Made by a program: the position numbers and the translations under genes
The notes under the pieces: generated by a model
Database searches by the model: none
What the model was told of the DNA's origin: nothing
What the model saw: the letters and a program-made list of their open reading frames with translations, nothing else
Shown: positions 38,190 through 50,645 of the stretch, one piece after another
How the letters are laid out: each line of letters opens with the position of its first letter
How positions within the stretch are numbered: the first letter of the stretch is position 1
Assembly: GCA_030390025.1 (NCBI GenBank)
Contig: CM059432.1
Coordinates: forward strand, 69,318,001-69,382,000
Direction: 5' to 3'
From: Squalus acanthias
Taxonomy: Eukaryota
Length of the DNA: 64,000 nucleotides

Positions 38190-39062
38190 AGATAGAAAGA
38201 GATTTGCATACATCTTTAAAGGTACATGAGCAATGCCGTGAAGCGATAGCTAGAGTAAATAGGGTGTTGGGGTGTATCTATAGGACAATTGAGTATAAGA
38301 CGAGGCATACTATTTTGTTCTTGTATAAGACCTTAGTCAGGCCGCACTTGGAATACTGTGTCCAGTTTTGGTCTCCTCACATGGTGGGTGATATTGAGGC
38401 TTTGGAAACGGTGCAGAGGTGCCACTAGATTAATTCCCAGTCTAAAGCATCTTAGTTATCAAGATAGGCTAAAAGAGTTGGGACTCCACACTTTAGAGAA
38501 ACGTAGACTTAAAGGTGATCTGATTGAGGTTTATAAGGTAATGAAGGGAATAGATTGTTTTCCAGTTGAGAGTTTGTTTCAATTAAATAGGTTAGGGAGG
38601 ACCAGGGGTCACAAATTTAAGTTGTATAAGGCCAGATCTAGGTTAGATGTCAGGAGGTGGCTCTTTTTCCAGAGAATAGTGAACCTTTGGAATAGGCTGC
38701 CGTCTCGTGCGGTGGATGCTGATTTGCTGAATTCCTTCAAGCGAGAACTGGGCCTGTTTCTGGCTGGGGTGGAGATCACCTCTTACAGAAAGTAGATACT
38801 GCAGGGAATTCAGGGCCAGAGTGATCTCCTGGACTAGTTTTGTTCGCCTAGATGGGTCGGAGAGCAATTTCCCAGAGCTTTTTCCCCAAATTGGCCTGGG
38901 ATTTTAATATGTTTTTGCCTCTCCCAGGAGATCTCATGGTTTCAGGTGGGGTGGAATGTATATATTGTGATACACAAGGTATCGCAATTGTGTGGGACAG
39001 GCTCGATGGACCAGAGGGTCTTTACCTGTCTGTCATTTTTCATATGTTTGCATGTTTGTATA
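38190..39062 (+). mobile_element. CR1 3' end with long 3' UTR
   Basis: LYKTLVRPHLEYCVQFWSP..LEKRRLKGDLIEVYK..RIVNLWNRLP; (atgtttg) tail. Confidence 0.9.
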
Positions 39063-39916
39063 CGGCAAGAGCCAAAACTAAATGTGTATGTCATGTTTTA
39101 ACTGAAGACAGCACTAGCATCAAAATAAAATCAGATCAATACAGAATTACTAATTACTTTATTAAATTCATAGTTCCAACTATATTGCAAATATGTGTTG
39201 TGCAGATTTTGGTTGCTACGTCATTTGTGAAATGTTATTTTTGCATTGCAATGTTTTTTATGAATGTTTTCCTAACAGACTTTGTGTTATGCTTGTTTTT
39301 AAATTTTGATATCTGCATATGCTGTCTGCAGAAGCTATCAGCTTGTTCTGAAGGTTGCCATGGCCACGGTAACCAGGAGGCTCAGTCAAAAAAGCAGAAG
39401 TTTGCAGTCAAATTAACTGAAAATGTATGAAAGCCATCTGTAGATTTTTCATGAGGTGTTAAATTAATGTGGGTAACCTGACAGGACATCTGTGGTCATT
39501 TTGATTTCATTCCCCTCCATAACATCAGTCAGTGAATCAGTAACTTTTTCTCTCTCCCATTTTTTATCTTCCATTCAGCAATTATTGAAAAAAAAATCCC
39601 ATCTATGGACTTAAGACAATTGATTGAAACTCTACATGAAATCAGGATCATGCTCTCCAGCCTCCAGCACTGATGTGTAAACAGAGACCATTCAGGGATT
39701 GCCAGGTTAAATCTATACTCTCATTTTTGTATTTATACCAGAGTTTTTTTTTAAATAATTTGAAATAATAATCAGATACTTCTAGTAAGGACTATAATAA
39801 AAGCATCAGCTGCTCCAATATTCCCCAGAATCATGTCAGGAGACTTTTACTCGTTCTCAGAGGTGTTTGACCGCAATGTTGAATATTGTGTAAGCAGGAG
39901 TAACCATTTAATAATT

Positions 39917-40020
39917 TGAAATAAGAATAGAAAATGTTGGAAATACTCAGCAGGTCAGGCAGCATCTGTGGAGAGAGAAACAGAGTTAACGTTTCAGGTT
40001 GATGACCTTTCATCAGAACT
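39917..40020 (-). ncRNA. Solo Penelope pLTR with intact minimal hammerhead (39984-40020)
   Basis: agtt-CTGATGA-a-aggt-catca-acct-GAAA-cgt-t-aact; stem I 4 bp, palindromic stem III ACGU, GUU cleavage triplet. Confidence 0.82.
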
Positions 40021-40199
40021 GACACTGATACAGCCCCAAATACAAATTAGTCAGAAAAAGGTAAAGGCATTTGTTCCTGTGATTGAATAGGACACGCACA
40101 AGTGGTTTTGGGTCTTTGTGATGAAAAGTAAATGTTGTATACAGATTTTGTAAAAGTTCCAGTCAGCAAGTTTCTCAATGAAAATTGTCAATAGTATAC

Positions 40200-41785
40200 T
40201 ATCATTTCCAGACTGGAAATCCTGGGCTCCATGCTCTGCATGCCCCGTGCAATGTTGGAGGCGGACTCCTCCACGCTCTTTGACGTTGCCGAGAGGCTCC
40301 CTGACAGCCTTGCCATTGCACCTATCATTTCCGTGTGCATGCCCATCACCCTTCTTGTGAACGCCTCCCCATCGATGTCCTCATCTGAGTACTGTGCTGC
40401 AGAACTCGCACGTGAAATCGCCCTCTGGGGAGCTGGCTCCCGAGTTACCCTTTCCCCCTGGCCTTGCTGCAGCCCACTCATGCCTGGTGCCTCACCCTGT
40501 ACAGATCCCGCTGCTATACTAGCCTTTAAAGAACGGGTAGCCCTAGTATCTGAGCTGGTGTCTGCGAGTAAGAGATGCAGTGCCACAGTGTCTTCTTCCT
40601 CCTCCTCTTCTCCTGCCTCGCTGTCAGTGGTGCCCTCGGGGACAGGCTGCTCGGGTGCATGCTGATTATCTGAAAGCATAAAGGCACAATAGTTGGGTTA
40701 TGGTGAGGGGAGGGGGGCGGGGAAGCCATAAATTCATGTATACAGCATGAGTAGCTTGAAAGTGAGAAAAGATTGTGGGCTGAGGGGGAAGTGGGATGTG
40801 AGAAGAAGAATTAGGAATGAACATACCGTTGTTGTCCCCAAGGGGGTCAACGTCGCTGGTGGCCATGGTGCCCACCACCTGGCACCCAATGATCTCCAGC
40901 ACTCGTGTCTCCAGCTGGCTCAGCTCTTCAATGTCCGCCTGGCCCCTGCCTGTCCGCACCTGCTTCTGGCGATTGTGAACGATCTTAGCTTCCAAGAGCA
41001 AGGGAAGAGTGTCAGTGTGTGGTGCAATGTGTTTGGGTGATGTGCCTGCCATTGTTAAATAGCTGTCATTGTGTGCAAGGTGTGAGATGTGGGTGTGAGT
41101 GTTGATAGGTAGAGATTGTTGGTGAGTGAGTGCTGGGCGTGTGGTGCATTGAGCAGTGTGTGAAGCTTGTGGTACAGATGGTGGTATGTAGCATTTGCTG
41201 AAGCCTTCAGTCATCCGGACCACTGGAATGAGGTCGTTAAACTTCTTCCTGCAATGGGTGTGGGTCCTGGGGACCACAGTGCTGCCCATGGCGTGGTCCG
41301 CTATCTCCCTCCACATAGTGCAGCAGGCTTGTGGTGAGGGCCTCCTGCCAGTTGGTGGGTAGAGGACTGCCCCACCTCTTCACTGCAAACACCAATGCCT
41401 GAAGAGCTTCATCAGAGAACCTACGGGCTCTCTCTCTCTCTCTCCGTCTCCGGTCTGCCATGGTTGCTACGGATGTCTTCTGACTGTTTGCTTTGCTGTT
41501 GGGGCAGCTGCAGACCCAACAAGCTGGTAATGAGGTGTTGCAGCATCAAATAACCTCCCCTTTAAATAGTGAAAAAAGCCTGTGCCATTTATGACTTGCA
41601 ATTAGACTGCCGCCGATATTGGTCCAGCTTTTCCGTGTAATGCCAATGAGCTTGAGTTTTTAGACTAGAATCATGACTACAATCATTTTAATGAGGAGTT
41701 AGTACGAATTTTGTGTGAATCCTAGACGATTTTCAGGTGGCGCAGCTTAACCTTTTTTAGTCTGAACACTGCCCATTTCTAGCCC
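40200..41785 (-). mobile_element. Truncated Harbinger: one TIR plus 3-exon Myb pseudogene, no transposase
   Basis: TIR gggctagaaatgg at 41785; MADRRRRERERARRFSDEALQALV; WREIADH..HCRKKFNDL; exons 2 and 3 homologous to 12656 and 14514. Confidence 0.87.
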
Positions 41786-42639
41786 ATGTCCCTAAATCAT
41801 AAGAAACACCGAAAAAAAGCAATATAAGGTTTTGGACCCTGGCTTAGACTCAGGAAATGCTTCTTCTCCTTACAGTCCAGGGTCTCTATGGCACCAACCT
41901 GATCGTGTTCAATCTGAAGGTCAGTTGGATACCACCAAAGGAAATGGACTGTGCCCCCAACCAATATTTCTTACCGAGTGCTTCTATGAGTTCTAAATTA
42001 AATGATAACTTTGCCCCTCACTCTCAGACCCTTCTAGATTTTGTAGCTATTCATAGCTTAACTATTAGGGGAAAGGTTTAATTAGTTTGTGTCCACATTA
42101 ACCCACCATTGGTAGGAATTCATTAGGAGCTCTTATACAGTTCATAGACATAAATGAACAAATTCTGTCTGGAATATTATATTTGCAGTCCTCTTGGTTA
42201 TACCATTTTGCAATGAAGAGGAGGAGGCAGAAGACACCGCGGCACTGCATCTCTTACTTGCAAACATGTTACTTAATTCTACAGTTTTCTTGTTTTGTAA
42301 ATTTAATGCTTATCAAGGTGAGGGCTGTTGATGTTGTGGAATGTGGTGCTTTTCATTTTGGATTATTCCATGTTAGTATTAATCACTCAGAGATCCCCAT
42401 TGCGCCAATGTAACATTTTTCTGTTTCACACACCAGTCATCATTTTGTCTTTCTGAGTAAGACAGCTAATTTAGTTTTGATTTTGAGCCAGTTATGTGCT
42501 CTGGGCCTAAACCCATTATGAAATTGATTAAGATTAAAAGGACTAATTTCATACACCCAGGAGAGGCAACTTTCATACCATTGATTTTAACCCATCTCCT
42601 GGAAAATTATGGCCAATATCTAATCTATGGTAACACCCA

Positions 42640-43380
42640 GTCCTGGAATTTTCATTCATCACCTTCAGGGGCCAGGAAGTTTTAACAGTATTTATTCATT
42701 TAAACACTAAAAAATGCAAAACGCGACCCCAACCCAACGCGTACGTGCCTGCCGCCATGTTTACGCCAGCGGGTAGCGCGTCATGTGAGTGTCCCTGTCT
42801 TGGAGAGGCGCGGTACTTCATTAACACATTTAAATCAGCCTCCCATAGTGCAATTAGGAGACTGATTTAAATTTAACTGCTGCCGTGCGGGTTTCCCAGA
42901 GCTCAGGAAACCAGGCAGTGAGAGAGAGAGACGGGAGCTGCCAGCTTCAGAAGGTGAGTGCATTTAATAGGATTCCTTGTAGGCCATTTGGAGCAAGAGT
43001 GTTCCCCCCCGGCCCCTCAAGGAAGCTTTCGGCTTCACTTCTGCCAATCGCAGCCTCTCTCTAGCCCCTGCCATGATCGGCTCCTCCCCCCTCTCCCTCC
43101 AGCCCCAATCTGTAAACCTGCCCCCCTCCTGATTACTGGGGACTGACTTCAAGGGTCTCCGGCTGCAGCCTCCTGCCACTGGTTTTCCCACTCTGTCAAT
43201 CTGGCCGGCTGCCGGGCAATGGAATAAAAAAAGGATAATGAGGTCCTGCCGTTAAATTCGGAGGATCTCAACATCCCTGACCTTGTTGAGTTCTTCAGAT
43301 GCTTTCGGCCTCTCCCGCTCTCTCCCCGACTCCCCGTAACTATCGGGCCCATTGTTTATGTCGAGAGGAAATTCCCAGCC
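42640..43380. mobile_element. Harbinger-type MITE(s), compound
   Basis: TIR-like ends tcctggaattttc, gtaactatcgggccc, gaaattcccagcc; internal similarity (reverse complement) to 60420-60960. Confidence 0.6.
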
Positions 43381-43891
43381 TATGCCTAAAAATAAACTAT
43401 GCATTCACATATAGCCAACTAATGAGTCTCCATGTCTAAATACTTAGCTAAAATAATTTTGAAAATCATAAAATACACTTGACATCATCTGACACATAAA
43501 ATGATTTGATTCAATTCATCCAGAAATTATCCATAAAAATTCAGAAACTCTATTTTGCTTTTATTATATACTGACTTTTATTTCCAACATCCACTGGAAC
43601 TTTACAAGTTCTTCATCTTCCTTGTTTAATTTATGTTAAGGATCCCAGTTGTATTGTTGAAGACCTGCTTGTTCTGTTGTTTGTACAGTTGTAATTGCTT
43701 CTGTTATGTAGTTTCTGTTGGTGTTAAGGATCTTGTTACTCTGCTGGAATTCCAGTAGCAGATGTTTGTGGTTCCCTGTTTTCTACTCATGTTAAGGGCT
43801 CTGTTTGTCCTGGTAGTTTTTCAGCTTCCATTGTTAATAATTTGCTTGTTTCTGTCTATGTTAAATGTTATATTCTTGCATTTCTAATAAA

Positions 43892-44747
43892 GGCCTAGAA
43901 ATTGGATAAGGCCCGAAAACGGGTGGGGGCACCACCCAGCGCTATTTGCCTGCGCCTGTTCAAAGTGGTGCAGGCAGCACGCAAAATTCATGCTGCCTGC
44001 TCATTTAGATGATTGCAGCGCTGATCTCAGCACTAAACCCACTGCTGATTGGCTTAGTGCTCAATGGGGCGGCCAATATCGGGTGCAGTCTACTGACCAA
44101 TAAAGTTTGGCCTAGGCTCTCTCCAGTACTTAAAGGGGGAGGTGCTTTGTTGCAGAAGCACCTCATTGTCAGGTGAAAGCAAGGCATGGCGCAACATCCG
44201 AGAGAAAGGGAAAACGATTTTTGGATGTGGCACTGGAGGCCTTGGTCCTGGGGGTCCAACGACGATGGGATGTCCTATACCGCATGGGGGCAACAGGCCT
44301 TCAAGGTTGACCACAAGAAGGATCTGGAGGAGATCACTCAATCCATCACTGCGATGAGTGTTGTCCCCAGGACCTGGATCCAGTGCCGCAAAAAGGTTAA
44401 TGACCTCACACGGCTGGTCTAAGTGAGTGAAGGCTTCAGCAAATGCCATATCTCACCATCTGCACCACTAGCCTCACACACTGCTCAATGCACCACACCC
44501 CCATCACTTACCTACCAACAATCTCTAGCTATCACCACTCATACCTTCCAATCATTGCTTCACTTCACCCTCACAGACTTACCAATGGTGCAACAGTCAC
44601 ACCCACATCTCACACCTTGCACACACTGCCAGCTATTCAACTATGGCAGGCACATCACCCAAACACATTGCACCACACTCACTCACTAACACACCTTTCT
44701 CTTGCAGACCAAGGTGGCACACAACTGGAGAGAGCAACAGCAGACGC
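43892..44747 (+). mobile_element. Harbinger left end with Myb exon 1, intron and start of exon 2 (same family as 11806)
   Basis: ggcctagaaattggataaggcc; alignable to 11806-12695; TWIQCRKKVNDLTRLV. Confidence 0.88.
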
Positions 44748-45189
44748 TGTTGTCCGCCCAAAGTTGTTGCATCCTTAGTGGCAAATATATAGATCAGGAT
44801 CTGATGCCATCATCTGGCCCCAACTGTGATTTTAACTCTGGCCTGTGCGGGGAAGCTATTGTTGCTTTCCTGCCAAGGTGAAGCAGATCTAAAAAAGATC
44901 AAGACATGAAGAGGCGCTGAAAGATAAGTTTTTTACATGTCTTTGTGGGACCAGGAGGATGTTCCTCCTGGGCCTCACAAGGAGAGTTTAGGCCTACCCT
45001 GCCCCGGACTCTCCCCCAATCCACCCCCTTCCCTCCCAAAGGACCCTCCTATCTTGCCTGCCCTTGTCAGGTCACTGAACTTCTTACTACACTGGTTTGC
45101 AGTTCTGAAGGTGAGAGAGGTGTCCCCTCCCTACACAAGACATTTTACTGAGGTTATCCCTCATGGCAGCTAACAGTCTTTCTGCATTT

Positions 45190-45318
45190 CATAGAATCAT
45201 ACAGCACAGAAGGAGGCCAATCAGCCCTTCGTGCCTCTACCGCTCTTTGAAAGAATTATCCAATTAGTCCCACGCCGCTGTTCTTTCCTCATAGCCCTGC
45301 AAATTTTTCCTTTTCAAG
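45190..45318 (-). mobile_element. CR1 3' tail fragment
   Basis: catagaatcatacagcacagaaggaggcc, as at 58595. Confidence 0.75.
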
Positions 45319-46539
45319 GAGTGTTTGAAGATTGGTCTCGTTGAAATTGTGTGGCCTTCTTTTCTACCTCTTTGCGATGCCCTGCTCCCTTTTTTTTGGG
45401 TGCCTCTGCCAAACACTCTCCTTCTGATCCGCTGCTCCCCCAGCTTACTGCTGCACTCTTCAGTCATTCTTAGCTTTTTAAAGGCTGCATTATTAATTCT
45501 CAAGTAAACCCAGTGCACTACCCCGATGTTATTCAGGAATTACACTATTGAAACACCAGTGGATATTTAAATTAACTGACCCCAACAATTTACGACAGGT
45601 CAGAGCTGGAGAGAAACGGCAATTGGAAGTCCTGCCTCCGTACCACAATACCAACGTAAATGGCTCTGTGAATTTTCAAGGCCAAACTTGGTACATATAA
45701 TAATAGCAGTGACATCGTGGCTCTGCCCTGTAATATAAGGGGCGTATCCATGATCCAGCTTTTCCAGCCAGGAGTGGTGCTGACAAGGAACACAAGTCGG
45801 AAAATAGTGGACCTGGAACCCGTGGTTTTTCGATCTATGGTCCATGAGACCGCCACTCCTTGCTGAGAGAGCCGGGTTGTGAAATCATTCCTATAATGAC
45901 ATCATAACATTTTGCGTGGAGCAGTGACTTCATAATTATATGTTCTAATACCATGACACCATAATAGAACATAGGAATACATAGGAGTAAAGCAACATCA
46001 TAGTATGCACAAGAATTCAGTGACCTAACACTGCAGGAATGCAGCAATATAATGCTGGACCGGAAAGCTGGGGTGGAGGAATAATGTTATAAATGGGTGT
46101 TATGATGGAGCTGTCATCAACGGGACTTAACGTAGCTGATACCTTTTGCGCTGAGGTTGCACTGTGCCATTTGTCTTTAAATTTCAGCAAGCTTCGTAAG
46201 TAAAACAGTTTATTTAATTTTCTAATTTAACGTCCACAATTCATTCTGCTGCAGTGTTTTTACAGTTGTTGGTTTACTTCCTTGCCTAATTAGCTTACAA
46301 TGCTTCCACAAAACTTGCTGAATGACTTGAATGTTAATGAACCAGCTGGCGTAAGGCTGCTTGTTGCACAGATATTTTTGGTCTTGTAATAATCACAGTT
46401 GCAAAACAAAGCCTTTCTGGTGGTTTCCGTAGAGTATATTGGAGAAATGATCACAGACCAGTAGCACAGTAACTATGTTGTCAACACAGGAAAAATTCAC
46501 TGCAATTTGTACACATAAGTTATAATTACATCACATTCA

Positions 46540-46945
46540 ACATTCACTCCCTCCACCACCGGCGTACCATGGCTGCAGTGTGTACCATCCATAAGATGCA
46601 CTGCAGCAACTCGCCAAAACTTCTTCAGCAGCACCTCCCAAACCCGTGACCTCTCCCACCTAGAAGAACAAGGGCAGCAGGCACATGGGAACACCATCAC
46701 CTGCAAGTTCCCCTCCAAGTTACACACCATCCTGACTTGGAAATATATCGCCGATCCTTCATTGTAACTGGGTCAAAATCCTGGAACTCCCTCCCTAACA
46801 GCATTGTGGGAGTACCTTCACCACAGGGACTGCAGCGGTTCAAGAAGGCGTCTCACCACCACCTTCTCAAGGGCAACTAGGGATGGGCAATAAATGCTGG
46901 CCTTGCCAGTGACGCCCACATCGCAGGAACGAATAAAAAATAATA
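46540..46945 (+). mobile_element. LINE 3' end (CR1/Jockey group)
   Basis: IHSLHHRRTMAAVCTIHKMHCSNSP; same family as 9515-9790. Confidence 0.82.
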
Positions 46946-47166
46946 ATTGCATCTCCAAACATTTGCGTAAGATTCATTTTTAAAAGAATGTTCTTTGCCT
47001 TTTATCTCTCCTTTTAGGTTTTCCACATTGCATTCCCTGACTAAGAGCAGGTAGGTAAGATGTGCCAGGCTGCCACCAGAGCTACCTTTCCTCTAAAAGG
47101 TGCATGTAAGTGCCTTGAGTTAAATCAGTTTCGAATGTTCCCTACGTTTCTTTGGCGAAACGCTGT

Positions 47167-47324
47167 GGGGGCAATTTTAACCAAACCCAACCAGAAGGAA
47201 ACTGACGGGATTGGGTGGACAGCTGGTTTTACGCCCCTCCTGTTTTTACTCTCCATTGAAGGAAAGGTATCTGGTACATGCTATCACTTGTTTTACACTA
47301 TCGCACAAAGTCAAAATTACCCCC
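47167..47324. mobile_element. Short MITE
   Basis: gggggcaattttaac / gtcaaaattaccccc. Confidence 0.7.
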
Positions 47325-49190
47325 AATGACTTTAGTTGATTTTTTTCACCTACCTGTGTCTAATATTCTCTGAGTTACTGAACTGGCCACACTAGCTATT
47401 CGCTCACTGCTCCTCTCATGACTGACTGAGATTTGATGGCTGCAGTTGAGAGACAGCAGGGAAGCTGTTGTTGTTTGTGAAAACTATTCTTGAAGCTTAC
47501 TGTGTTAAATTTGTCCCCCAAGTCCAACCTGAATGATTTGACTATCTTTATGATAGAGGAATGCTGGAAATATTTCACTGGATACATGTCAAAGTCATCT
47601 GACTCCTGTTAACTCTTAAAGAGTATTCTTTTTTCATCGCGCCACAGCCAGGTCAGGTGATTCAGTAGGCACTGACTTTGTGACATTTAAAAAAAAAAAT
47701 AAGCCCTATTTGTCGACAAAGTGTGCAGTACTGTTAAAAGAAGTAGTTTTAAGGTCAGTAATGGTGACCAGGAAGCTGTATTTCTGATACTCTGACAAGC
47801 AGTGATTTAAAACTTGAAAGGTCTACAAATCAATCACCATAGTGACTATTTTAAATTGATAGCGCCTCACAATCGCCAAACTTAGTTTAAAAATCTGATT
47901 TAATTGTAGGGTTTATTGTTTGTTGATATGTCAAAAACTGTAAGGTTCCTCTGTTCTCTTTCGGAAGAATTAAAACAAAAAGAATTTTCCAACCTTAGAC
48001 AACATTGTTGTTCTGAGACAGGAAGTAATTTGTTTTCTTGATCACAGAGCGGGGAATGCTGAATAGAATCTGTCAAATTATATCCTCAGGTCATTTGTAA
48101 ATGTGCAAAGTCATTTATCTATTTGAATAAGACCAGCTCTGGTTAAGATAGATCTATTAAGTGCGCACAAAAATGTGCATACAGTTTGCTACAGGTTTAC
48201 TGTTTGCACCTTATTTGTAAGCAGCGAAAAGTTGCCCTATAATAAGGCACTGATTGTACAGATAATGCAATGTGAAAACAGCCTGGAATATCAGGTTTAA
48301 AAAGATAACTCTGGCCTTGCTGTCCATCTGCTTTGTGTGGTGCTGACTGGATCAGCTATTGGGTATTGGGGAGCTCTGTCCTACTTAATTTTTTGTCTTT
48401 GCTCCAGTCTGGAGAAACTCGGCTAGTAACATTATAATTTCTCCTTCAACAGTTGATGCCGCTATTTCCTGCAGGGAAACATGACTCAGTGGTGGCTGGG
48501 TTTCCCAGAAAACAGGCCTCTGGTGGATCACCTTCTCTGGAGTATTAGCCCATGACACACAGTTCGAAAGTTTTATAGCAGCAATATTTTATGTGAGTAT
48601 GGGGATGATATTTCAGCTGGGATTACTAGCTTTCTGGGCACTAATAAGTCACACTTACCCTCCACGTTGCTAGAACAGGAAACAATGTCACTGATCATGT
48701 AGACAAAAAATTGCAAGGTTTCAAATTGAATTACTCCAAAACAAAACAGTATTCCAACACCACCACATGACAGGTGATGATGTGGGTGAGTGATCTATCA
48801 AAATTGCTAACTTTAAACAAAATAGGCATCGCGTTCTCTTCAGGTTTCTTTTCTATCCCCTATTCTCAAACCTTGTGTAAAAATAACATCATTTTTGGAC
48901 AGCATCTGCTTATATTTGAATGTTATAAATACATTGACCCTGACATAAAAGTTTTAGTTTAATTTTAAATTTGACACCACTTTAGTACTCCTTATTCACT
49001 GAGGCATTTTCACATTTTATATTAACAAATTTACCAAAAGCTCCTCGTTAAGCTTTTACAAAGCAAGCATTTAAATTACACCATGCTGCCTTTCTGAAGT
49101 GAACATTTTTCTATACCAATGTGCTTCCATTCATTGGGCACTAATCTTCTAAAACCCCATACAGAAAGTAATCATTCTTTGCTGACATAT

Positions 49191-49767
49191 GGGGGGAATT
49201 TTAACTCCCTGGCGGGAAAGCGGCCTAGTGAGCGGATAGCCTGCCTAGGAGCGGCAGCTGGAGGCCCAGCCGGCTTTAACGGCAGGGCCTTATTAACCTG
49301 CATTTATGGCCAAAACGACCAGGAAATCATCTATAAGTGTTGCCCAGCCATTCAAATTATTGTGGGGACGGGGGTTCCGGGGCTGTCAGCGGTTTGGGAA
49401 GGGGAGGCCTACATTTCCCTTGTGAGGCCTGGAGGAGTACTCCTGGTCCTCCTGGCCCAACTAATGAAAGAAATAACCGGAGGGGCCTCATCCTGCTGAT
49501 CCTCCTCCCGCTAGCTTCAGCCTGACAAGAAAGTCTCAGATAGTTCCCCACTCAGGCCAATGTTAAAGTGGCAATTGGGTCCCCATGACATCATCGGGAC
49601 CGTATCTGCATATTTAAAGAAGAACCCTGCCGGCTTTGAGTGGGTGTCCTTGGTGCCTGTAATTCAAAGTCGCAGCCGGCGGGTTCAGAGCTGAAGGTCA
49701 GCGGCTAAGTCTCCTGCTCCATCTTGACAATCCCCTGCTCAATATCCAAGGAGTTAAAATTCCCCAC
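49191..49767. mobile_element. Harbinger-type MITE
   Basis: 20-bp TIR ggggaattttaactccctgg / ccaaggagttaaaattcccc. Confidence 0.85.
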
Positions 49768-49804
49768 ACAGTTTTATCTTCTAAAATGAAAAAATGCAAA
49801 CAAT

Positions 49805-50645
49805 ACGACTACTTTCGTATGACAGGAAAAGCTTATAATGGGCTGTCTAGTGTGGCTATCCATTTGATGACCTCCTGAGATGCTGAGTGGAGAAATGAGG
49901 TGCCTCCCACAAGAAATCTTAGTGGGCAGGTTGATGTGATGTGTTCCATGGACTGGGACTCATGGCCATAGTCATACTTCAGGTCGTCCCTCATCTTCCA
50001 CTTGTGGAGCAGGTGGCCCCATCATTCATGCTCTGTGCAGATTCGGTTGAGTGCTGTCCACTGTCTTCGAGGGAGGTCGATGGCAGGGACCTCTGCTGTT
50101 GGGTCAGTGATGAGATGTTGATTCTTTATGTTGCATGCATCCATAATTCTGTTCATCTGGATAGTGGGTTGATACCAGCTGCATGAATATTGGCTGCTGT
50201 TTCCCAGAATGACCAGCATGAGTTTAAGTGCTTTCATGGTGGGTTTTTCAAGATTTCGTGAATGATTTTGTGAATGTTGCTCATGATTTTTTTCCATGTC
50301 ACAGAGCACGGTGGCATCGCAGTGACTGGCAGGTGGGGCAATGTGGGACAGCATCGGGAGCCACTCAGTTGGAGTGAACTTAAGCGTCCCTGACACCATC
50401 CTCATGGCGGCATTTAGCTGCACGTCCACGATCTTTGTGTGACAGCTGCAGGACCATGAGGCAGAGCAGTATTCTGCGGCAGAGTAGAGCAGGGCCACTA
50501 TTGCAGTGCGAAGTGTTCTGGCTGCGCTCCCCCATGATGTTTCAGTGAGTTTTCGGACCAGGTTCTCCCTGGTTTTTACTTTTTGGCAGGTGTTGGTGAG
50601 ATGAGACCGATAGGTGAAAGTCCTGTCCAGGGTGATGCCAATGTT
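49805..50645 (-). mobile_element. Vingi/Ingi-group LINE 3' fragment
   Basis: GITLDRTFTYRSHL..LVRKLTETSWGSAARTLRT..ALLYSAAEYCSASW..DLPRRQWTALNRICT; 3' end CATACG. Confidence 0.8.

Noticed and set aside
38852..39430. 192-aa ORF
   Set aside because: It begins in a CR1 3' UTR and runs through low-complexity T-rich DNA; no recognisable domain.
43620..43880. Recurring tgttaagg(g)atc motifs as a CRISPR-like or structured array
   Set aside because: Short, degenerate and irregularly spaced; eukaryotic context without cas genes.
45730..46100. Weak inverted repeat (ccagcttttccagccag / ctggaccggaaagctgg)
   Set aside because: Too short and degenerate to define an element.
47396..47587. 63-aa minus-strand ORF as a coding exon
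   Set aside because: No recognisable homology, and it stops before the nearby donor.
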